64,000 nucleotides of DNA from NCBI RefSeq assembly GCF_018977255.1, contig NW_024704751.1, positions 4,216,001 through 4,280,000 on the forward strand. The letters run 5' to 3'. Positions 34,823-45,200 of this stretch are shown one piece after another. The first letter of the stretch is position 1. Each line of letters opens with the position of its first letter. The notes beneath the pieces were generated by a model. It was not told the origin of the DNA. It worked only from the letters and a program-made list of their open reading frames with translations, and did no database searches. Source of the stretch: Callorhinchus milii. Its lineage: Eukaryota. The translations under genes were made by a program, and so were the position numbers.

Positions 34823-37800
34823 TTAATGTAACTTAGGTCTGCCTCTGCTTTGAATTGCTTTATATTTTTGTGTTAATTCTTCGGCTTTTCTCTGCCTCCA
34901 GTCGCAGATGTCAACAAAGTCACACGAGCAGCACTTCCACGCCTCTTCGATATCCACCCCCTCGGCTTCCCTCTGCCCCTTCCAGAAGGAGAAGCAATTC
35001 GCCAGTTCTCTTCGCAGCCATTCCTCCTGGAAGCACACCGCCTCCGCTCCAATGGCAGATCTATCGGCCTGGTAACAGTATTCTATCATCAGAGTGTCGA
35101 TCTGGGGAATCTCCGAGTAGGTTAGATTCAACAACACCAAATCCAGTAGGTCACCAAACGTGTGCACAGTGAATCCCATCTTCTCAGCGTGCTCAGAAAC
35201 CTCTGAGCCAAAGGGTTGCTCGGTCCGTAAGCGGAGATGGCGAAGGAGAATGCCCTTGTCCACCTCACCTCGGATCATGGCCTCGAACAGGCATTTGTAC
35301 ACTCTGACCTGATAACGACAAGCATTCGGTGTCACTTGACAATAAACATTCAGTTAAAGTGTTAAAGTGATAGGTTTACTCCACCAAATTCGGCAATGTC
35401 TGCTTTCTATTCATTCCACTTGCTGGTGGGAGGTGGGGCTGGCCAGCAATTGTTCTACAAGGGCTTCGAAGCAAAAAGAAATGAACACAAATCCACCTCG
35501 CTAGCCTGAAGACTACAATGCTGGCTCCTAACCAGACAGAATGAAGGGTCAGGCACCAGAGCTGCCTGTCAATCATTGGTTAGGCCGGACATTTACACAC
35601 AAAAAACTCAGTTACTCAACTGGGGTAATAATCCCTTCAAAAAAAAATGATGATAATAATTTGGCCACTCATTTCACGACTGTTTGTGTGACGCTGCTGC
35701 CCGCAATGGCCTGCCGTGTTTCGTCCACAAAATTATGTGGAGTCCTGTAGCTCAGTGGTTAGAGCACTCGCTTTCCAAGCGAGAGACCTGAGTTCAATTC
35801 CAGGCAGAGGGCGAAACCTTGGGCAAGTTTCCTTACTCCACACAGAGCCTAATAATAATCCCTCCAAAACCAAAAACAATAATAAATTGGTCATTTTCAA
35901 TCTACGACTGTTTGTGGGACATTGCTGTGCGCAATTGGCTGCCGCGTTCGCCCACAAATACACAGTCAATTCACTTTACAGTGTGTTCTGTGAAGCGCTT
36001 TGGGACGTCCTCCCGACGTGAAAAGCGCTATATCAAGTGCAAGGATTATTATTATATACAGTCACTACACTTACAGTCAATACACTACAGTGTATTCTGT
36101 GAAGCGCTTTGAGACATTTCAATGACGTGATAAGGCGCTATATCAAATCCAAAGATTGCCTATTATATTATAACACAACATAAATCAAATACTACTGAGA
36201 AAAATACTACTAAAATACTGTGAAGCAGTGACCGCTATAATAAAAATGATAATAACAAAGATCCGGCAAGGTCATAAACGAATTAATCGGGAGGAACATT
36301 GGCTAGGAGGTGGGGAGGGGAAAATTCCCTTCTCTTTTCAAACAGTGTAAAAGAATCCTTAACATCCAGCTGAACAGATGTCATCGTCCCCTACTACTGC
36401 ACTAGTATCAGTCTAGGCTGTGATGCCAAGTCCCGATTTAGGACTTGAACGCATAACATTTTGATCCAGAGGCAAGAATGGTAGCAATTGAGCCAAACTG
36501 ATTGATACCTAAACGAGACTACCAATTTAGTGCTCCATATGAATAACCTTTGGTACTGCGCCCACGGAGTTTCCAATCTTATGCATTCTCTTCTACCCAC
36601 CCTCTTACCTGTAAGTGATGGCTTTTCCTCTGGGCTGCACCTGGGAATGATCGCTGGCTGCGTGTTTTGAATTCACACAGCTCAAGTTCGCCCTTGGAAT
36701 TATAACGCAGCTCATCGATTATACCAACCAGAAACAAGCCATCCAGCTCTCCAAATACAGGCATCTCCCGCACAATCCCCCCTAAACAGACAGACACATT
36801 ACAACATTAGAATACCACGGACAGCTCAACGACATTTATAATATTAAAGGCGTAACAAATGGGCTGTTTTATAACTTTTTTTCCCCCATGACTTAGTACC
36901 CAAAGGCCAAATGTAAAGGAGACATGGAATCGCGATGCTGTCATTGTTCCTTGGCTGAGGTCAGCGAATGGAGAAGATTCCAAGGATTGATCCTGGAACT
37001 TTATTAGTCCATAAATTATTTTAATAATCTTAAAAACTACGACTTGCATTTACATAGTGCCCTTCACACAAGGTAACATCTCAGAGTGCTTTACAAGTTG
37101 GGACGTTGAGCAAGGCAGGGGTGGTCATAGGCACATCCAAAGAGGATTTGAGATGGAACTTAAGACAGAAAGGGCGGCAAGACGGAGGGATAGAGGGAGA
37201 GAGTTCCAGAGGTTAAGGGTTTGGGAACTGAACTTGGTCACTGAAGGTACTGAGGAAAGGGCAAAGGACCTGCAACAAGCCTGAGTTAGCTGAGAAGAGG
37301 GGCCAAGTGGAGGAGTAAGGTAGGAGAAGGTCGGAGCTAAGTAGAGTGTTGACAAAATGCATAATATTGCACTTATTACATGTAAACTGTAGAGTTTTGA
37401 AGAAAACCAAATTCCTGTTCTGCACATGCCATTACATACCCGTCTGTAGGACTTGAATCGCTGAGAGAAGATTAAGAAGTTTAATGGCCCAACTATCTTC
37501 CCGGCTTGTTACATTTACTGCCACAATGTCATGGACCTCCAACTCTGCAATGCATCAAATCAGACATAAATTAAGACATCCTTCAGATAAACCCTTCGCT
37601 AGAGAGCTTTGATAAAGTGTCACACTAACCAACGTGCATGCAAACCAAACTAGATCAACATGGGAGATCCATTCCTTTAGGCAGATTGTTCGAAGTCTGA
37701 AAAAGATCTTCTTTGAGAAATGGCAGTTCAGCTCCAGCATTATTCAACAATGCGGCTTTATTGCATCATAAAACAAAATACATTGGGATGGGGAAAGGGA

Positions 37801-40692
37801 AATCACTCTATAAAAACATTGAAGCTAATCGTGTGCAACTAGGAATTGAATTGCATACTAAGCAAGCTACTGGAAAATTCTTCTTCGATGATTGGAAAAT
37901 TTTTGTTTTGTCCTTTCTGAGGAGTACCTACACAACAGGCAGACACCATCAAGAACAAGTCCTAGCTTGATCTAGTGGCAGTTATTTTTAATAACAAATC
38001 TCATTACAAATTGTTGCATGTCAAGCCTCACTGACAAATTAATCGCTGCATCACCTCTTGCCAGGTGTAGGCTGCTCCCCGCTTTCACAATTGGCAGCTC
38101 AGCTCGCAGCTTCTCAATCTGCGGCATTTCCATCCCATAAACCACTTGCTGCTCACACCACACCTGTCTACTTAAGTGAGTCACACTCAAGTAAGTTAGG
38201 CCAAACTTCTCCATTGGTGTCCGTTTGTCCTGCTTTTGTCTTTTAGCGACTGTGCAGTCAGGGTTTGGGCCACTTGCCTCTCCGGGCTCAGGTGACAGAT
38301 TGATGGATTGATGTTCATCCTTCCTATGATGAAGAGTATCCCACAGTTAACTCTTCGAGTACTGAAGCATGCAAAGAATTCCAAAAACATTCAGAGGTGA
38401 AAATTCATAAAAGACTAACACTGGTCATCACCATCGGGTCTCCTTCTACAGAAAGTGTCTCAGATGAGCACAGTAAATGCACCACATGATGCAGCAAAGA
38501 ACCATACAGATCTGAAAGATCCTGGGCCTGACCTCTTTTAGATACTGTCTTCTGAAAACTACTAATTTCACATACTTTCTTCTGCTTTCATATCTTCAGC
38601 CAGTATTCTTACTCCAAACTATTATGCAATGACCTGCTGCTGGCAGTGTGAATTTACCCCTTAGATGAGGACAGGGTGTATAGGCTCAGCTTTAACACCT
38701 CCCAGCCCATATCAGTTAACCCCTCTCTCAATCAAACAGCCTATCAACACTACCGTCTGCACTCACATGGCAAATTGTCACTTAGATGAGAAGCTCAAGA
38801 CTTCCCAGGACCACTGCACATTCCAACATATTGCTGATTTCCCAAAGAAATCCAAAGGTTACCATTATCCGGAAAGATAAGACAAAGTTCAAAAAAGTTA
38901 AAATAAAGTTCAAGAAACAAGTTTTTCCCCACCCCGTTATTTCATATTGATTTGTGTGAGGGCATCAGAAAAAAAATGAATATATAATAGGAATTCAACC
39001 TCACAGCATAAGCAAATATTAAGATCAGCAATTGTGCATTTTACATAAATCATTTTATATGGAGTTTCAATTCAACGACTGTATTTCCAAATGAGTTCAA
39101 AACACAGCAACACCCACTATTGACTAAGAACTTACTGTTTATTTGAATACAACTGAGTTTTCCTTCATATTTTAGTAAACAAAATTGATTCCCTTATAGG
39201 TAGTGAAAGCATGCATTAGTTTCTCATTCCTACCTGGCATTAAACAAATTTAACTCGATCCATATTTAATTATTTAATGTCAAAAGTCAGCCAATCCCTC
39301 CGTGCATTACAAGGTGGAGGTCAGATACACTCAGCAGCGGCTCAGCTACCTGCTTGTCAGTGCAGCTGTCTCTTGGTTGCTACAGCAAGGCTCAGACTTG
39401 ACTGGTGTGCGATCATTGTCTTCATCACTCGGTTCAGGTTTTCCTGAGAATTTAGGAAATACAGACTTCATACATTTTTCTAAAAAACAGGTTGCATGGT
39501 GAATTCTAACATAACTGACTTTCAAATCTAAACTATATTTCTATAACTAGATGAGATCTAACATGAAAAGAATAAAGTGCTGTATGTCCTTAATAATCTT
39601 ATGACATTTGGATTTTAAACAGTTAAGAGCAACGCCAAACGATCCAGTAATGCTCCCGTACTCCAGACCAGGTTGGGAGACGCTATCCTGTATGAAAGGC
39701 GCTATATAAATGCAAGGCGTTGTCAGTTTGCATCCCAGTCTGCACTGATTTAGCTGATCTTAAATGCAATTTTATTGTTGTTGTTCTTGTTGTCTCAGGT
39801 GCGGGAGGCAGCGTAATTGGCCATCGCAATTGGGTTCACTGATTTGGGTGGAGGTGAGGAGTTTGTAGGAAATAAATCAGATCTCCCAATTCCTATCCAG
39901 TGACGCTTCCCCTCCTCGGCAGATATACCAACACACACACCATTTGGTGGGTATTTATTTGTATGTGCAAATAAACAGAATTTTACGCGTAGGACAACTT
40001 TTTATGTGCAGGTTGGGGAGGGGGGAGAGGAGGGGTTGGGAGGGGGGAGAGGGATTGGGAGGGGAGAGAGGAGGGGTTGGGGAGGGGGGAGAGGAGGGGT
40101 TGGGAGGGGAGAGAGGAGGGATTGGGAGGGGAGAGAGGAGGGGTTGGGGAGGGGGGAGAGGAGGGGTTGGGAGGGGAGAGAGGAGGGATTGGGAGGGGAG
40201 AGAGGAGGGGTTGGGGAGGGGGGAGAGGAGGGGTTAGGAGGGGGGAGAGGAGGGGTTGGGAGGGGAGAGAGGAGGGGTTGGGAGGGGAGAGAGGAGAGAG
40301 GGCTTGGGGAGGGGAGAGAGGAGGGGTTGGGGAGGGGGGAGAGGAGGGCTTGGGGAGGGGGGAGAGGAGGGCTTGGGGAGGGGGAGAGGAGGGCTTGGGG
40401 AGGGGGGAGAGGAGGGGTTGGGAGGGGAGGGGAGAGAGGAGGGGTTGGGGAGGAGAGAAAGGTTTTTTTTCGCTGAACTGTGCATTATTATTATTAATAT
40501 GCATTTGACGCAGCGCCTTATTGATCACGTCGCTGAGACGCCTCGAAGCGCTGACTCAAGACAGTTGCCCAGACCTCCGTCAGTCTGCGGTTGGGTGTGA
40601 CAGCCCCGGGGCTTCGGGCCGCACAGCTGCTCCAAATCCAGCTCCAGGAGCTCAGCGTCGCTGATCTCAAACACATCCGGCTGTCCGGTCAT
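34823..40692 (-). CDS. EXO5: Exonuclease V (DEM1 family), copy 1, six coding exons, about 414 aa
   Basis: Exons 40692-40575, 39443-39350, 38323-38055, 37544-37440, 36781-36609, 35308-34823 total 1245 nt and are phase-consistent. Motifs: [80 protein letters not shown] (the 4Fe-4S cysteines and RecB-like catalytic residues). The exon-1 donor (GAG|GTCTGG) is the least certain boundary. Confidence 0.92.
35739..36055 (+). mobile_element. Young short SINE nested in an older SINE (EXO5 copy 1, last intron)
   Basis: The older SINE core at about 35530-35738 resumes at about 36056-36160. Confidence 0.9.
37035..37350 (-). mobile_element. L2 LINE 3' end (duplicated at about 44434-44750)
   Basis: Minus-strand [12 protein letters not shown] motif plus the tail gcactatgtaaatgcaagtcgtag. 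Confidence 0.75.
40010..40460. repeat. G-rich VNTR, unit about 19-21 bp (ggggagagaggaggggttgg); shorter counterpart at about 47405-47625
   Basis: Direct tandem repeats, about 450 bp here versus about 220 bp in copy 2. Confidence 0.9.
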
Positions 40693-40699
40693 GGCCGTG

Positions 40700-40830
40700 G
40701 CCTGGGGTCTGAGCCTGGGGCCTGGGACCTGAGCCTGGGGGCCTGAGCCTGGGACCTGAGCCTGGGGCTCTGAGCCTGGGGGCCTGAGCCTGGGGCTCTG
40801 AGCCTGGGGGCCTGAGGGCCTGAGGCCTCG
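40700..40830. repeat. GC-rich VNTR, unit 12-14 bp (ctgagcctgggg), just upstream of the EXO5 ATG; longer counterpart at about 47870-48060
   Basis: Direct tandem repeats with different length in the two copies. Confidence 0.9.
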
Positions 40831-41329
40831 GGTTCGCCTCCGGAGCGCGGATCCAGCAGCTCCTCTCAGTCCGGCTGTAATAAGCGTCCCCCACCACAGC
40901 CGAGGTGCCGCACATTCGTTCCGGGTTGAAAAGTTCCCCCCCCACCGACCGACGTGTCTCTGTCTCTCACTCACTGTTACCCCCTCCATCACCACCCGGA
41001 GGAATCCGACGCTTTTCTGTTCAGACGGTGACGTGTTATATTCTCTCTCTCTTTCTCTCCGCGGCCCCAAGTAATTTTTTTCCCCCCCAAAAAAATCATC
41101 AACGAGAACAAAGAGTTAACAACCACAAAAATATTTCTTTTAATGAAATGACGAAATAAAAATTATTAAAATTAAAGAAAATTCATCGAATAACCGTGTT
41201 AAATGATTGTATCGAATAAATAAACAAACAAACAAACACAAATACTGATTAACACTAAATAGATAATTGTTAATAGCCGTTATTGTGTGTAAATGTATAT
41301 TATTAAAAAGCGAACTTTTTGGGGGAAAA

Positions 41330-41719
41330 AAAGGCGGCGCGTGGATCGGCACAACCCGCCGATCACGGTTCGGCGACTGAGAGGAACTTTTTTTTTAATT
41401 TAATTTTTTTTAAAAAAAAACAAGGAACCGGGAGCAGTGGTTGTTCTTCACGGTGATAGAGAGATCGCGACCGGTTTACGGTGTCAAAACGATTTTTTTA
41501 TTTCTTTCTTGTGGTGAAAAAAAATAGTAAAAGGTGGCGGCGTGAACTACTTTGTCCAGGCGGAGGCGGACCCACCGACCGGGAGGGCGGTTTGGCGGTG
41601 TCGCCATGGCAACGTGGCCGCGGGAAGGAGGCGGAGAGAAGGCGCGACTCGCTGCTCCTGTGAGGAATTCACACACAACACAACACACAACTGTGTGAGG
41701 GGGAGAGGAACCCAATACA
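41330..41719. promoter_or_regulatory. CpG-rich promoter region with RFX X-box (copy 1)
   Basis: CpG-dense, with GTCGCCATGGCAAC at 41600-41613, upstream of EXO5 (minus strand). Confidence 0.6.
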
Positions 41720-42014
41720 NNNNNNNNNNNNNNNNNNNNNNNNNNNNNNNNNNNNNNNNNNNNNNNNNNNNNNNNNNNNNNNNNNNNNNNNNNNNNNNNN
41801 NNNNNNNNNNNNNNNNNNNNNNNNNNNNNNNNNNNNNNNNNNNNNNNNNNNNNNNNNNNNNNNNNNNNNNNNNNNNNNNNNNNNNNNNNNNNNNNNNNNN
41901 NNNNNNNNNNNNNNNNNNNNNNNNNNNNNNNNNNNNNNNNNNNNNNNNNNNNNNNNNNNNNNNNNNNNNNNNNNNNNNNNNNNNNNNNNNNNNNNNNNNN
42001 NNNNNNNNNNNNNN
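41720..42014. other. Assembly gap (295 N)
   Basis: Run of N. Confidence 1.
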
Positions 42015-42237
42015 ATAATTGCATAATAATAATGCAATTATTATTATTGCATTGTGAAGTAGTGATCAAACGTGTAGTTTATCGTAATGCCTGCAACTTA
42101 AAAAATAATTCTGATGAAGTCTGTTTAGGCAATAAAAAGAGCTTCTCTCAACTTAAAACCGCTCTTCTGAGAATTTCCAGTAGCTTTAATCAAGATTAGA
42201 CTTTCTTGCAAGGAGAAACTATAGAAGAAACGCATGT

Positions 42238-45200
42238 TTAATGTAACTTAGGTCTGCCTCTGCTTTGAATTGCTTTATATTTTTGTGTTAATTCTTCGGC
42301 TTTTCTCTGCCTCCAGTCGCAGATGTCAACAAAGTCACACGAGCAGCACTTCCACGCCTCTTCGATATCCACCCCCTCGGCTTCCCTCTGCCCCTTCCAG
42401 AAGGAGAAGCAATTCGCCAGTTCTCTTCGCAGCCACTCCTCCTGGAAGCACACCGCCTCCGCTCCAATGGCAGATCTATCGGCCTGGTAACAGTATTCTA
42501 TCATCAGAGTGTCGATCTGGGGAATCTCCGAGTAGGTTAGATTCAACAACACCAAATCCAGTAGGTCACCAAACGTGTGCACAGTGAATCCCATCTTCTC
42601 AGCGTGCTCAGAAACCTCTGAGCCAAAGGGTTGCTCGGTCCGTAAGCGGAGATGGCGAAGGAGAATGCCCTTGTCCACCTCACCTCGGATCATGGCCTCG
42701 AACAGGCATTTGTACACTCTGACCTGATAACGACAAGCATTCGGTGTCACTTGACAATAAACATACAGTTAAAGTGTTAAAGTGATAGGTTTACTCCACC
42801 AAATTCGGCAATGTCTGCTTTCTACTCATTCCACTTGCTGGTGGGAGGTGGGGCTGGCCAGCAATTGTTCTTCAAGGGCTTCGAAGCAAAAAGAAATGAA
42901 CACAAATCCACCTCGCTAGCCTGAAGACTACAATGCTGGCTCCTAACCAGACAGAATGGAGGGTCAGGCACCAGAGCTGCCTGTCAATCATTTGTTAGGC
43001 CGGACATTTACACACAAAAAACTCAGTTACTCAACTGGGGTAATAATCCCTTCAAAAAAAAATGATAATAATTTGACCACTCATTTCACGACTGTTTGTG
43101 GGACGCGCTGCCCGCAATGGCCTGCCGTGTTTCGTCCACAAAATTATGTCAGGTCCTGTAGCTCAGTGGTTAGAGCACTCGCTTTGCAAGCGAGAGACCT
43201 GAGTTCAATTCCAGGCAGGTCAGGGCGAAACCTTGGGCAAGTTTCCTTACTCCACAAAGAGCCTAATAATAATCCCTCCAAAACCAAAAACAATAATAAA
43301 TTGATCATTTTCAATCTACGACTGTTTGTGGGACATTGGCTGCCGCGTTCGCCCACAAATATACAGTCAATTCATTTTACAGTGTTTTCGGTGAAGCGCT
43401 TTGGGACGTCCTCCCGACGTGAAAAGCGCTATATCAAGTGCAAGGATTATTATTATTATATACAGTCACTACACTTACAGTCAATACACTACAGTGTATT
43501 CTGTGAAGAGCTTTGAGACATTTCAATGACGTGATAAGGCGCTATATCAAATGCAAGGATTGCCTATTATATTATAACATAAATCAAATACTACTGAGAA
43601 AAATACTACTAAAATACTGTGAAGCAGTGACCGCTATAATAAAAATGATAATAACAAAGATCCGGCAAGGTCATAAACGAATTAATCGGGAGGAACATTG
43701 GCTAGGAGGTGGGGAGGGGAAAATTCCCTTCTCTTTTCAAACAGTATAAAAGAATCCTTAACATCCAGCTGAACAGATGTCATCGTCCCCTCCTACTGCA
43801 CTAGTGTCAGTCTAGGCTGTGATGCCAAGTCCCGATTTAGGACTTGAACGCATAACATTTTGATCCAGAGGCAAGAATGGTAGCAATTGAGCGAAACTGA
43901 TTGATACCTAAACGAGACTACCAATTTAGTGCTCCATATGAATAACCTTTGGTACTGCGCCCACGGAGTTTCCAATCTTATGCATTCTCTTCTACCCACC
44001 CTCTTACCTGTAAGTGATGGCTTTTCCTCTGGGCTGCACCTGGGAATGATCGCTGGCTGCGTGTTTTGAATTCACACAGCTCAAGTTCGCCCTTGGAATT
44101 ATAACGCAGCTCATCGATTATACCAACCAGAAACAAGCCATCCAGCTCTCCAAATACAGGCATCTCCCGCACAATCCCCCCTAAACAGACAGACACATTA
44201 CAACATTAGAATACCACGGACAGCTCAACGACATTTATAATATTAAAGGCGTAACAAATGGGCTGTTTTATAACTTTTTTTCCCCCATGAGTTAGTACCC
44301 AAAGGCCAAATGTAAAGGAGACATGGAATCGCGATGCTGTCATTGTTCCTTGGCTGAGGTCAGCGAATGGAGAAGATTCCAAGGATTGATCCTGGAACTT
44401 TATTAGTCCATAAATTATTTTAATAATCTTAAAAACTACGACTTGCATTTACATAGTGCCCTTCACACAAGGTAACATCTCAGAGTGCTTTACAAGTTGG
44501 GACGTTGAGCAAGGCAGGGGTGGTCATAGGCACATCCAAAGAGGATTTGAGATGGAACTTAAGACAGAAAGGGCGGCAAGACGGAGGGATAGAGGGAGAG
44601 AGTTCCAGAGGTTAAGGGTTTGGGAACTGAACTTGGTCACTGAAGGTACTGAGGAAAGGGCAAAGGACCTGCAACAAGCCTGAGTTAGCTGAGAAGAGGG
44701 GCCAAGTGGAGGAGTAAGGTAGGAGAAGGTCGGAGCTAAGTAGAGTGTTGACAAAATGCATAATATTGCACTTATTACATGTAAACTGTAGAGTTTTGAA
44801 GAAAACCAAATTCCTGTTCTGCACATGCCATTACATACCCGTCTGTAGGACTTGAATCGCTGAGAGAAGATTAAGAAGTTTAATGGCCCAACTATCTTCC
44901 CGGCTTGTTACATTTACTGCCACAATGTCATGGACCTCCAACTCTGCAATGCATCAAATCAGACATAAATTAAGACATCCTTCAGATAAACCCTTCGCTA
45001 GAGAGCTTTGATAAAGTGTCACACTAACCAACGTGCATGCAAACCAAACTAGATCAACATGGGAGATCCATTCCTTTAGGCAGATTGTTCGAAGTCTGAA
45101 AAAGATCTTCTTTGAGAAATGGCAGTTCAGCTCCAGCATTATTCAACAATGCGGCTTTATTGCATCATAAAACAAAATACATTGGGATGGGGAAAGGGAA

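Noticed and set aside
34855-35172. 105-aa plus-strand ORF antisense to the last EXO5 exon (and 42270-42587)
   Set aside because: A shadow ORF of a coding exon with no recognisable domain.
38400-38660. Coding-looking minus-strand stretch inside EXO5 intron 2
   Set aside because: It contains stops, no convincing splice pair preserves phase, and the flanking exons already join in frame.
39944-40600. Long Gly/Glu/Arg-rich and Pro/Ser/Leu-rich ORFs (also 47378-47768, 17513-18219)
   Set aside because: Translations of purine-rich minisatellites.
41476-42069. ORFs spanning the gaps (also 48790-49846)
   Set aside because: They are open only because they run through N.
23200-43460. Recurrent near-identical repeats as a CRISPR-like or ordered array
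   Set aside because: They are dispersed, in both orientations, irregularly spaced and have SINE structure, in a vertebrate genome.
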